A stretch of DNA of 64,000 nt from an uncultured Solirubrobacteraceae bacterium (lineage in GTDB: Bacteria > Actinomycetota > Thermoleophilia > Solirubrobacterales > Solirubrobacteraceae): positions 108,171 through 172,170 of the forward strand of contig CAWIEW010000017.1 of NCBI GenBank assembly GCA_963835285.1. The letters run 5' to 3'. Positions 18,677-27,284 of this stretch are shown here, one piece after another. Under the pieces are notes generated by a model. That model had not been told where the DNA came from. It worked only from the letters and a program-made list of their open reading frames with translations, and did not search any database. Both the position numbers and the translations under genes were made by a program. The stretch's first letter is position 1. Every line of letters starts with the position of its first letter.

Positions 18677-19692
18677 CCGTCGACGAGCTCGAGCGCGACG
18701 AGGAGCAGACCGCGCCCGCCACGCGCTGGCAGCGCGTGGCCACCGGCTCGACGACGTGGATCATCCTGATCCTCGCGGGGATGATCGTCGCGTTCTCGGT
18801 GCTCGAGCCGGACTCCTTCTCGACCGTCAACAACGTCCGCAACATCGCCACGAACGCGGCGATCCTGCTCGTCGTCGCGGTCGGGATGACGTTCGTGATC
18901 ATCACCGCCGGGATCGACCTGTCGGTCGGCTCGGTGCTCGTCTTCTCCGGCGTCGTCTCCGCAAAGGCGATGAACGGGATCGGCGGCGACGGCGCCGGCG
19001 TGCTGATCGTCGGGCTGCTCGTGGCGCTCGCCTGCGGCCTCGCGTGGGGCGTCCTCAACGGCCTGCTGATCACGAAGGCGCGCGTCCCGCCGCTGATCGT
19101 CACGCTGGGCACGCTCGGCATGGCCCTGGGCGTGGCGCAGATCATCACCAACGGCGTCGACGTCCGCGAGGTGCCCGCGCGGCTCGTCATCTCGATCGGC
19201 GTCGGCCGGCTGTTCGACCAGATCCCGTGGCTCGTGGTGATCGCCGTCGCCGTCGCGATCGTGTTCGGGGTCGTGCTGGCGATGACGCGCTTCGGGCGCC
19301 ACACGTACGCGATCGGGTCCAACGACGAGGCCGCGCGGCGCGCCGGCATCAACGTCGACCGGCACCTGATCGCCGTGTACGGCATCTCCGGCCTGCTCGC
19401 GGGCCTCGCGGGCTACATGAGCCTCGCGCGCTTCGCCACCACCACGATCGGCGGCCACTCGACCGACAACCTGCAGGCGATCGCCGCCGTGGTTCTGGGC
19501 GGCACGAGCCTGTTCGGCGGCATCGGCACGATGCTCGGCTCGGTCGTCGGCGTGTTCATCCCCGTCGTGCTGCAGAACGGCTTCGTCATCACCGGCGTCG
19601 AGCCGTTCTGGAGGGACGTCGCGGTCGGCGCGGTGCTGATCGCCGCCGTCTACCTCGACCAGCTGCGACGCCGGACGCAGTACCGGGAGTGA
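18673..19692 (+). CDS. sugar ABC transporter permease (RbsC/FrcC-like)
   Basis: Multi-TM protein with AGIDLSVGS motif; GTGA overlap with the ATPase gene. Confidence 0.9.
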   Translation: MTVDELERDEEQTAPATRWQRVATGSTTWIILILAGMIVAFSVLEPDSFSTVNNVRNIATNAAILLVVAVGMTFVIITAGIDLSVGSVLVFSGVVSAKAMNGIGGDGAGVLIVGLLVALACGLAWGVLNGLLITKARVPPLIVTLGTLGMALGVAQIITNGVDVREVPARLVISIGVGRLFDQIPWLVVIAVAVAIVFGVVLAMTRFGRHTYAIGSNDEAARRAGINVDRHLIAVYGISGLLAGLAGYMSLARFATTTIGGHSTDNLQAIAAVVLGGTSLFGGIGTMLGSVVGVFIPVVLQNGFVITGVEPFWRDVAVGAVLIAAVYLDQLRRRTQYRE

Positions 19693-19726
19693 GGATGGCC
19701 GGTTCCATGACAGAGGGAGGAGTGCC

Positions 19727-20716
19727 ATGCGTAGATGGGCAGCCGTGCTGCTGCTCGTCCTCGTCTCCGCGGTGGTCGTCGCCTGTGGAGGCGACGACGA
19801 CAACGGTGGCGGAGGAGGAGGCGGTGGTTCCGCCGGCAGCGGCGGCAAGAACTACAAGATGACGCTCGTCGCGGGCGTCAAGGGCGACGAGTTCTACATC
19901 ACGATGAACTGCGGAGCCCAGGCGAAGGCCAAGGAGCTGGGCGTCTCGCTCGACTTCCAGGGACCGGACGAGTTCGACGCGTCGCAGCAGATCCCCGTGC
20001 TCGACGCGGTGACCGCCAAGAGCCCCGACGCGATCCTGATCGCGCCGACCGACACCAAGGCGCTGTTCGCCCCGATCACACAGGCGGCGGCGAACTCGAA
20101 GATCGTGCTCGTGGACACCACGCTCGCGGATCCGTCGATGGCGGTGTCGCAGATCGCCTCGGACAACCTCAAGGGCGGCCAGACCGCCGGCGAGGAGCTG
20201 CTGAAGCTGATCGGCGGCAAGGGCAAGGTGATGGTCGTCAACGTCAAGCCGGGCATCTCGACGACCGACCAGCGCGGCCAGGGCTTCGAGCAGGCCGTCA
20301 AGGGCAAGCCGGGCGTCACGTATCTCGGCCAGGAGTACGACGACGACGATCCGGCCAAGGCGGCCTCGATCGTCTCGGCGACGCTGTCCAAGCACCCGGA
20401 CCTGAAGGGCATCTTCGCCGCGAACCTGTTCTCGGCGGAGGGCGCCGCGACGGCGCTGCGCCAGGCCGGCAAGCTCGGCGAGGTCAAGATCGTCGGCTTC
20501 GACGCCGGTCCGAAGCAGGTGCAGGATCTCAAGGACGGGCTCGTGCAGGCGCTGATCGCCCAGAAGCCGGCCGACATCGGCTCGCAGGGCGTCGAGCAGG
20601 CCTACAACGCGCTCGAGGGCAAGCCGACCACCGACAAGATCGGCACCGGGTTCGAGGTCGTCACCAAGGACAACCTCACCGAGATGCAGGACGTGCTCTA
20701 CAAGCCGAACTGCTGA
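19727..20716 (+). CDS. sugar ABC transporter substrate-binding lipoprotein
   Basis: Lipobox VVACGG after the signal peptide; type I periplasmic-binding fold; GGGAGGAG SD. Confidence 0.9.
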   Translation: MRRWAAVLLLVLVSAVVVACGGDDDNGGGGGGGGSAGSGGKNYKMTLVAGVKGDEFYITMNCGAQAKAKELGVSLDFQGPDEFDASQQIPVLDAVTAKSPDAILIAPTDTKALFAPITQAAANSKIVLVDTTLADPSMAVSQIASDNLKGGQTAGEELLKLIGGKGKVMVVNVKPGISTTDQRGQGFEQAVKGKPGVTYLGQEYDDDDPAKAASIVSATLSKHPDLKGIFAANLFSAEGAATALRQAGKLGEVKIVGFDAGPKQVQDLKDGLVQALIAQKPADIGSQGVEQAYNALEGKPTTDKIGTGFEVVTKDNLTEMQDVLYKPNC

Positions 20717-20718
20717 GC

Positions 20719-20830
20719 TCCGGGGGGGTCAGACCCCATGACCGCGGCGCCGAGACCGGCGCCGCGGTCGAGGGGTCAGACCCCCTTGCGGCGCCGGGAC
20801 TGGCGCCGCGGTTGAGGGGTCAGACCCCTG
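20719..20830. repeat. tandem ~46-bp repeat (about 2.5-3 copies) built from GGGGTCAGACCCC plus a GC hairpin
   Basis: GGGGTCAGACCCC near 20724, 20772 and 20817. Hairpins accgcggcgccg-agac-cggcgccgcggt (20741-20768) and gcggcgcc-gggact-ggcgccgc (20788-20809). Lies between convergent genes. Confidence 0.8.
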
Positions 20831-22406
20831 CGGCGCTCGCGGGGAGCAGCTTCCCCGGGTTCATGATCCCGGCCGGGTCGCAGCGCTCCTTCACCGCGCG
20901 CAGGACCTCGACGCCGAGCGGGCCGTCCTCGGCCGCGAGCCACCGCGCGTGGTCGCGCCCGACCGCGTGGTGGTGCGTGAGCGTGCCGCCGGCGCCCACG
21001 ATCGCGTCCGTGGCCGCCGCCTTCAACGACCGCCACTGAGCCGCGGGATCGTCGGCGGCCCGCGCGAACACGGTGAAGTAGAGCGCGGCGCCGGTGGCGT
21101 ACAGGTGCGAGACGTGACACCCGACGAGCACGGCTCCGAGCGCGGCTCGGACGGCGCCGTGCAGCGCCGCGAGGTTCGTCCACGACGTGGCGGTCTCGAG
21201 CGTCTCGACCAGCACGCCGCGGTCCATCAGGGCGTCGCGCAGGTAGGGGCCGGCGAAGCGCGAGGCGACCCACTCGCGGCCCGCGCGCTGGGTCGCGTAC
21301 ACGGCGCCCGCGCCGCGCAGCACGCGCGCGGCCGCCTTGCGCCGCGCGCCGATCGCGTCGGCATCGCCCTGCCAGCCGCAGATCATCAGGCAGCGCCGCC
21401 CGACCGCCCGCCGCGCCACTGACGGCAGGCCGGCGAAGGCGAGCGAAAAGCGCGTCTCGTCGGCGTCCGACAGTCGCGCGACGTCCGGCGCGATTCCGTT
21501 CTGAACCAACTGCCGGAGCGCTTCGCAGCCGCTCTCGAAGTCGGCCGCCAGCCAGCCCTCGAAGCGCTGCGCCTCCGGCACCGCATGCACCCGCAGCGCG
21601 ACCTGGGTGATCGCCCCCAGGACGCCCTCGGAGCCGCTGACGAGCTGGCGCAGGGCCGGCCCGGCCGCGCTCGCGGGCGCATCCAGCGTGGCGAGCTCCC
21701 CGAGCGGCGTGGCGCAGCGCAATGCGAGCACGTTGGCGTCGATCCGGCCGCGGCCGGTCGACAGCTGGCCGGCCGAGCGCGTCGCGACGCAGCCGCCGAC
21801 CGTCGCCCACTCGTAGCTCTGTGGAACGTGCCCGAGCGTCAGCCCGTGCCCGGCGAGCGCGCGGTCGGCCTCCGGCAGCCGCATCCCGGGCTGGAACACC
21901 GCCGTGAGCGATCTCTCGTCGACGGAGACGAGCCGGTCCATGCGCCCGAGGTCGAGCGAGATCACCGCGTCGAACCGCCCGCGGTCGGGCTCGAGCCCGC
22001 CGACCACGCTCGTCCCGCCGCCGAACGGCACCACCGCGATGCCCGCCTCGGTGCACGCCTGCAGCACCGCGAGCGTCTGGTCGTGGTCAGCCGGGGCGAC
22101 GGCCGCATCGGGCGCCGCCTCGCAGTCGCCCTCGCGCTGGGCCAGCAGGTCGAGGTAGGACTTGCCCCGGCAGCGCAGCACCCGCGCCTCGCGGTCGGTG
22201 CGCACGTGGTCGGCACCCACGATCTCCGCGAGCCGGGCGGGGTCGAGCGCCGGCTCGCGCAACCGCACGTCCTCGAGCGCCACCGGCTCCGAGACCACCG
22301 CGCCGTCGACGCCGAGCTCGGCCCGCAGGAACTCCGGCGCGTGCGAGGACAGCGACGGGCCGGCACCCGGCTCGCCCCAGCCCCAGAAGACCTGTTCGCG
22401 CCTCAC
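20820..22406 (-). CDS. FAD-binding oxidoreductase (alkyl-DHAP synthase / GlcD-like)
   Basis: PCMH-type FAD-binding domain ...VVPFGGGTSVVGG...; 528 aa; GTG start overlaps the SRPBCC gene stop (GTGA). Confidence 0.85.
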   Translation of the reverse strand: MRREQVFWGWGEPGAGPSLSSHAPEFLRAELGVDGAVVSEPVALEDVRLREPALDPARLAEIVGADHVRTDREARVLRCRGKSYLDLLAQREGDCEAAPDAAVAPADHDQTLAVLQACTEAGIAVVPFGGGTSVVGGLEPDRGRFDAVISLDLGRMDRLVSVDERSLTAVFQPGMRLPEADRALAGHGLTLGHVPQSYEWATVGGCVATRSAGQLSTGRGRIDANVLALRCATPLGELATLDAPASAAGPALRQLVSGSEGVLGAITQVALRVHAVPEAQRFEGWLAADFESGCEALRQLVQNGIAPDVARLSDADETRFSLAFAGLPSVARRAVGRRCLMICGWQGDADAIGARRKAAARVLRGAGAVYATQRAGREWVASRFAGPYLRDALMDRGVLVETLETATSWTNLAALHGAVRAALGAVLVGCHVSHLYATGAALYFTVFARAADDPAAQWRSLKAAATDAIVGAGGTLTHHHAVGRDHARWLAAEDGPLGVEVLRAVKERCDPAGIMNPGKLLPASAAGV

Positions 22407-22858
22407 GAGCCGTCACGCCGGCCCGGAGAGCGGACGATCTCCGCGAGCCCGTCGAGGGCGCCGTCGAGCTCCTTGCCCGCGGCTCGCCGCAGCAGCACCC
22501 CGCCGAAGCGCGACCACCCGCGGGCGCGCTGCGTCAGCTCGAGCGTCACGCGCGTGCCGCCGTCGACGGTGGTCAGCCGCGCCTCGACCCGGCGCTCGCG
22601 CAGCAGCTTCGCGAACGGCGTCCCTTCGAGCTCCTGCGTCCACGCGCGCCGCACCGGCCGCTCCTCCCCGTCGAGCCGCCAGTCGGCCCGCACGGCGCGC
22701 CCGCGGTCGGACCGCAGCACGGTCGTCCACCCCTCACGACTGACGCTCTTCACCCGCTCGGTGCGCGGCCACCAGCGCGCGAGCCGGCGCGGGTCGGCAA
22801 CCACGCTCCACACCGCCTCGGGCTCGGCCGCCACGGTGCGCGTGCGCGAGACGATCAC
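22403..22858 (-). CDS. SRPBCC (START/polyketide-cyclase-like) family protein
   Basis: VIVSRTRTVAAEPEAVWSVVADPRRLARWWP... is a typical SRPBCC N-terminus; GTG at 22858 overlaps the apt stop (GTGA). Confidence 0.7.
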   Translation of the reverse strand: MIVSRTRTVAAEPEAVWSVVADPRRLARWWPRTERVKSVSREGWTTVLRSDRGRAVRADWRLDGEERPVRRAWTQELEGTPFAKLLRERRVEARLTTVDGGTRVTLELTQRARGWSRFGGVLLRRAAGKELDGALDGLAEIVRSPGRRDGS

Positions 22859-23379
22859 TCGCCGTCGTAGGTGAGCAGCGCGTGCACGTCGTAGCCCTGC
22901 AGCCGCTCGCGGCCGCCCAGGAACGCGAGCTCGACGAGGAACGCGCAGCCGGCGATGTGCGCGCCGGTGCCCTCGATCAGCTCCGCCAGCGCGGCGGCGG
23001 TGCCGCCCGTCGCCAGCAGGTCGTCGTGGAGCAGGACGCGAGCCCCGTGGGCGAGCGCGTCGGCGTGCAGCTCCAGCGCATCGACGCCGTACTCGAGGAT
23101 GTACTCGGCCGCGATCGTCTCGTGCGGCAGCTTGCCGGGCTTGCGCGCCGGGACGAAGCCGACGCCGAGCTCGCGCGCGATCGCGGCGCCGAGGATGAAG
23201 CCGCGCGCCTCGGCGGCGGCGACGTAGTCGACGTTCAGGGGCCGCGCCCACTCGGCGAGCTCCGCGACGGCCTGGTCGAGCGCCTCGGGGTCGAGCAGCA
23301 GCGGCGTGATGTCCTTGAACAGGATCCCCGGCTTCGGGAAGTCCGGGATGTCGCGGATGTGCGCGGCCAGGTCGGTCAC
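22855..23379 (-). CDS. apt: adenine phosphoribosyltransferase
   Basis: PDFPKPGILFKDITPLL and the PRPP loop VLLHDDLLATGGTA. Confidence 0.92.
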   Translation of the reverse strand: MTDLAAHIRDIPDFPKPGILFKDITPLLLDPEALDQAVAELAEWARPLNVDYVAAAEARGFILGAAIARELGVGFVPARKPGKLPHETIAAEYILEYGVDALELHADALAHGARVLLHDDLLATGGTAAALAELIEGTGAHIAGCAFLVELAFLGGRERLQGYDVHALLTYDGE

Positions 23380-24173
23380 TTGGCGATGCGCCGAAGGTCG
23401 CGCACGAGCAGCAGGTGCTTGAGGTGGGAGGCGACGGCCGCGAGGTTCTCGAGCGCCTCGATCGCCTCCTTGCGCCGCTCCGGATTGCGCGAGCGCAGCG
23501 ACGGGGCGAGGATCTGCTGCAGCAGCGCCGACTCGCGGTCCGCCGACGTCTTGAACACGCGCAGGTTGCGGCCGCCGACGCCGTAGCGCGTGAGCTCGGT
23601 CACCGCGCGCACGATCTCGCGCTCGGTCTCGTCGTAGTAGCGCCCGCCGCTGCGCAGCTCGCCCTGGATGATCCCGTAGTCCTCGAGCTCGGCGATCAGG
23701 CGCGGCTCGGCGCCGGTCTCCTCGACGACGTCCTCGAGCGAGTACAGCGCACCGCGGTCGCGCAGCGAGAACGTGATCCGGCGCAGCGCGGCGCCGGGGC
23801 GGGCGGCGTCGGTCGGCGCCGGCTGGGCGGGCGCCGCGGCGGGCGCGGCGCGGTCGTCCTCCGCGCGGCCGGCCGCGAGCTCCTGGCGGATGACCCGCAG
23901 CGGCAGGAACTCGTCGCGCTGCAGGCGCAGGATCGTGCGCAGGCGCGAGACGTCCGTCTGCGCGTAGAGGCGGTAGCCGCCGGGCGTGCGCCGTGGCGTC
24001 AGCAGCTTCTGATCCTCCAGGTACCGGATCTTGGAGATCGAGATGTCCGGGAACTCCTGCGAGAGCGCCTTGCAGACGGCCCCGATCGTCAGCGACTTGC
24101 GGGGCGCCTCGTGGGCATCGCCGGCCGGATCGACGGGGAGCGGTGCCGCCTCGGTGATGGGGTCTTCGCTCAC
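23376..24173 (-). CDS. MerR-family transcriptional regulator (FtsR-like position downstream of FHA gene)
   Basis: LTIGAVCKALSQEFPDISISKIRYLEDQKLLTPRRTPGGYRLY MerR HTH; GTG at 24173 overlaps the FHA gene stop (GTGA). Confidence 0.8.
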   Translation of the reverse strand: MSEDPITEAAPLPVDPAGDAHEAPRKSLTIGAVCKALSQEFPDISISKIRYLEDQKLLTPRRTPGGYRLYAQTDVSRLRTILRLQRDEFLPLRVIRQELAAGRAEDDRAAPAAAPAQPAPTDAARPGAALRRITFSLRDRGALYSLEDVVEETGAEPRLIAELEDYGIIQGELRSGGRYYDETEREIVRAVTELTRYGVGGRNLRVFKTSADRESALLQQILAPSLRSRNPERRKEAIEALENLAAVASHLKHLLLVRDLRRIAK

Positions 24174-24640
24174 CGCGCCAGATACGTCAGCTTGTACTTG
24201 CCGATCTGCAGCTCGTCGCCGTCCTCGAGCCGGTGCGAGTCGATCCGCCGGCGATTGACGTACGTGCCGTTGAGCGACCCGGAGTCGTCCAGGAACCAGG
24301 CTCCCGAGCGGCGCACGAGCACCGCGTGATCGCGTGAGACCGTCACGTCGTCGAGGAAGATCTCGGTGTCGGGTGAGCGGCCGATCGTCATGCGCTCGCC
24401 ATGCAAGGGGAACGACTGCCCGGTACGCCCGCCGCCGGAGCGGATCACCAGCGCGCCGCTCTCGGCCGCGACATCGCCGACGTCGACGGGCCGCAGCTCG
24501 CCGGTCTGCTCGTCGATGACGTACGTCGCCGTGGTCACATCGTCGCGGGGCTCGCGCGTCCCGACGAACGCCCCGCACTTCTGGCAGTAGTTCGCGCCCT
24601 CAGTGACGACGAAGCCGCATTCGGGGCAGTGGCGGGCCAC
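24170..24640 (-). CDS. FHA-domain protein with N-terminal zinc ribbon (GarA/OdhI-like neighbourhood)
   Basis: CPECGF...CQKCG zinc ribbon; FHA core ...MTIGRSPDTEIFLDDVTVSRDHAVL...LNGTYVN. Confidence 0.85.
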   Translation of the reverse strand: MARHCPECGFVVTEGANYCQKCGAFVGTREPRDDVTTATYVIDEQTGELRPVDVGDVAAESGALVIRSGGGRTGQSFPLHGERMTIGRSPDTEIFLDDVTVSRDHAVLVRRSGAWFLDDSGSLNGTYVNRRRIDSHRLEDGDELQIGKYKLTYLAR

Positions 24641-24915
24641 TACACGTCGTCGCCGCCCGTTGCGCGCCCGGCGAGGATGTCCGTGAGCCGCTGAACGTCG
24701 GCCCCGGAGATCACGTCCTCGCCGCCTTCATGCTTCTTGCGCAGGCGGTTCACGAGCTCGGCGCGCAGGATGTCGATCTTGCCGTGCAGGATCCGACGCC
24801 GGTAGGACACCTCCTGCTCCTCGTCCGTGAGCTGCTGGATGAGGTCCTTGAGCTCCTGGTCGGAAAGGGAGCCGAGATCGGGGAAAGTGTCCATGGCGCC
24901 GAGCATAGCAATCAT
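24640..24915 (-). CDS. small coiled-coil protein, RsiG-like
   Basis: LSDQELKDLIQQLTDEEQEVSYRRRILHGKIDILRAELVNRL; candidate starts at 24894, 24906 and 24915, the last overlapping the pgsA stop (TGATG). Confidence 0.55.
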   Translation of the reverse strand: MIAMLGAMDTFPDLGSLSDQELKDLIQQLTDEEQEVSYRRRILHGKIDILRAELVNRLRKKHEGGEDVISGADVQRLTDILAGRATGGDDV

Positions 24916-25562
24916 CAACCTGTACTTGAGGGTCTTGAAGCGAGTCCGTCGCGAAGGTACTTCGCGGTCGATGCGAGCACGAACGCAAGACCGATATACA
25001 ACAAAATGGCGCCCACCGTCTCCAGTCCCGCCAGGGCGAAGAACAGCGCGCTCAGCACCGGCCAGACGCCCAGCCGGCCGAGCCAGTTGACCTTGATGTC
25101 GAGCTCGTGGTGCAGCGCCCAGCGGACGAGGCCGAGCATGAACAGCTCGCGCGCCGCGAGCAGGGCCAGCGCCCAGCGCGGGAGCAGCTCGAAGTGCCAG
25201 GTGACGATCACGCCGGACAGCACGAGCAGGCGGTCGATCAGCGGGTCCAGCAGTGCGCCGAGGCGCGAGTACTGGCCGGTGACGCGGGCCGCGATCCCGT
25301 CGAGGTAGTCGCCCCACCCCACCAGGCCGAACAGCAGCGTCGAGACCCAGTACTGCCCGTCGCCGGAGTTGAAGGCGACGATCAGGAACGCGGGGATCAT
25401 CGCCAGGCGGACGTAGCCGATCGCGTTGGGGATCGTCCACGGGTGCAGCGGCGCGCCCTTGACGGTCTCGGGCGGCGGCGGGCCGGAGCGATCGAGCCCG
25501 GCGAACCGGCGGAACGTGAGCCGGGCGCGCTCGGCGGCCTCGGCTACGGGACGGTCTGCCAC
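24915..25562 (-). CDS. pgsA: CDP-alcohol phosphatidyltransferase (PGP synthase-like)
   Basis: DYLDGIAARVTGQYSRLGALLDPLIDR = D(x)2DG(x)2AR...G(x)3D(x)3D motif; multi-TM. Confidence 0.85.
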   Translation of the reverse strand: MADRPVAEAAERARLTFRRFAGLDRSGPPPPETVKGAPLHPWTIPNAIGYVRLAMIPAFLIVAFNSGDGQYWVSTLLFGLVGWGDYLDGIAARVTGQYSRLGALLDPLIDRLLVLSGVIVTWHFELLPRWALALLAARELFMLGLVRWALHHELDIKVNWLGRLGVWPVLSALFFALAGLETVGAILLYIGLAFVLASTAKYLRDGLASRPSSTG

Positions 25563-27226
25563 AGGTCCGCGACCGCCTGGGCGGCGCCCTCGAGCGGAAC
25601 GGTGCGGGCCTCACGGCCACGCCGGACCTGCACCTCCACCTCGCCGTCCGCGAGCGTGCGGCGCCCGACCGTCACCCGCACCGGGACGCCGAGCAGCTCG
25701 GCGTCGGCGAACTTCTCCCCCGGCCCGGCGTCACGGTCGTCGTAGAGGATCTTCAGGCCGGTCCCCTCGAGCGAGGCGTAGACCTTCTCGGCGACCGCGC
25801 GCTCCTCGCTGCCCTCTTTGCCGAGGCCGACGAGGTGGACGTCCCACGGCGCGATCGAGCGCGGCCACGCGATGCCCTTCTCGTCCGCGAACTGCTCGAT
25901 CGCCGCGGCGGTGATCCGCGCCGGGCCGAGCCCGTACGAGCCCATCCAGATCGGCTGGGCCTTCCCCTGCTCGTCGAGGTAGGTGGCGCCGAACGGCTTC
26001 GAGTAGCGCGTGCCGAGCTTGAAGATGTTGCCGACCTCGATCGCGGGCTCGATGCGGATCGGGTGCCCGTTGACGGTGTCGCCCTCCTCGACGGTGCGCA
26101 CATCGCCGCGCTTGAACGGGAAGTCGCGGCCGGGCTCGACGCCACGCAGGTGCGCGTTGTCGCGGTTGGCGCCGGTGACGTAGGCGCCCGGCTCGACGGC
26201 ATCGTCGAGCAGGATCGGGACGTCGATGTCGACCGGGCCGATGTAGCCGGCGGGCCCGACCCGCTCGGCGAACTCCTCCTCCCGCGCGGGGCGGAACGAC
26301 GCGCCGAGCGCGTTGCCGAGCTTGATCTCGTTCACGCGGTGGTCGCCGCGGACGACCACCATCGTCAGCCCACGGTCCTCGACGATGACCGGGTAGGCCT
26401 TCAGCAGCGATCCCGGCTCGACGCGCAGCGCCTGCGCGACCTCCGCGACGGTCGTGAGGCCGGGCGTCTCCACGAGCTGCGGCTCGGGCAGCCCATCCGG
26501 CAGCTGCACCGGCTTGGCGTCGGCCGTGGCGACCTCGACGTTGGCGGCGTAGCCGGGCGCGAGGGCGACGTCGTTCTCGCCCGCCGGGCTCGGCGCCATG
26601 TACTCGTGCGCGCCGACGCCGCCCATCATCCCGACGTCGGACTCCACCCGGTACCACTCGAGCCCGATCCGGTCGAAGATCCGGTCGTAGGCCTCGCGGT
26701 AGCGCTCATAGTGCGCGTCGAGCCCCTCGCGGTCGCGGTCGAAGGTGTAGGCGTCCTTCATGATGAACTCGCGCGTGCGCAGCAGCCCGGCGCGCGGGCG
26801 GGGCTCGTCGCGCTCCTTGACCTGGAAGTGGTAGAGGCTGAACGGCAGGTCGCGGTAGGAGCGCACGGCCTGGGCGACGTGCGTCGTCGCGGCCTCCTCG
26901 TGGCTCAGCGCGAGCACGAGCTCGGCGCCGCGGCGGTCCTGGAGCTTGAAGAGCTCCTCGATCGGAAATCGCCCGCTGCGCTGCCAGATCTCGGCCGGGT
27001 TGAGCACCGGCATCAGCAGCTCCTGGGCGCCGATCGCGTTCAGCTCCTCACGGATGATCTGCGAGACGTTCTCGTGCACGCGCCAGCCCGCGGGCAGCCA
27101 CGTCCACAGCCCGCTGCCGAGCTGGCGGGCGAGCCCGGCGCGGACCAGGAGCTTGTGGCTGAGCGCCTCGGCGTCGGCCGGCGCCTCCTTCTCGGTCGGC
27201 AGGAAGTACTGGGAAAGGCGGGTCAT
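25544..27226 (-). CDS. proS: proline--tRNA ligase
   Basis: 560 aa bacterial-type ProRS; class II motifs and editing domain; ...FIMKDAYTF..., ...GSYGLGPAR... Confidence 0.95.
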   Translation of the reverse strand: MTRLSQYFLPTEKEAPADAEALSHKLLVRAGLARQLGSGLWTWLPAGWRVHENVSQIIREELNAIGAQELLMPVLNPAEIWQRSGRFPIEELFKLQDRRGAELVLALSHEEAATTHVAQAVRSYRDLPFSLYHFQVKERDEPRPRAGLLRTREFIMKDAYTFDRDREGLDAHYERYREAYDRIFDRIGLEWYRVESDVGMMGGVGAHEYMAPSPAGENDVALAPGYAANVEVATADAKPVQLPDGLPEPQLVETPGLTTVAEVAQALRVEPGSLLKAYPVIVEDRGLTMVVVRGDHRVNEIKLGNALGASFRPAREEEFAERVGPAGYIGPVDIDVPILLDDAVEPGAYVTGANRDNAHLRGVEPGRDFPFKRGDVRTVEEGDTVNGHPIRIEPAIEVGNIFKLGTRYSKPFGATYLDEQGKAQPIWMGSYGLGPARITAAAIEQFADEKGIAWPRSIAPWDVHLVGLGKEGSEERAVAEKVYASLEGTGLKILYDDRDAGPGEKFADAELLGVPVRVTVGRRTLADGEVEVQVRRGREARTVPLEGAAQAVADLWQTVP

Positions 27227-27239
27227 CGGGCTGGAGAGC

Positions 27240-27271
27240 CTAGATGGTCGGACGCGGGTCCGGCCATCTAG
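27240..27271. promoter_or_regulatory. 32-nt near-perfect palindrome (14-bp stem, GCGG loop) centred between the proS and GH31 starts
   Basis: ctagatggtcggac-gcgg-gtccggccatctag; exactly 14 nt from each divergent start codon (27226 and 27285). Confidence 0.6.
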
Positions 27272-27284
27272 TCTGTCGCGCCCT

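Noticed and set aside
26946-27284. N-terminal 113 codons of ORF 26946..29492 as part of the GH31 enzyme
   Set aside because: This stretch is antisense to the well-conserved 5' end of proS and has Ser/Arg-rich composition. The internal ATG at 27285 gives a normal GH31 N-terminus.
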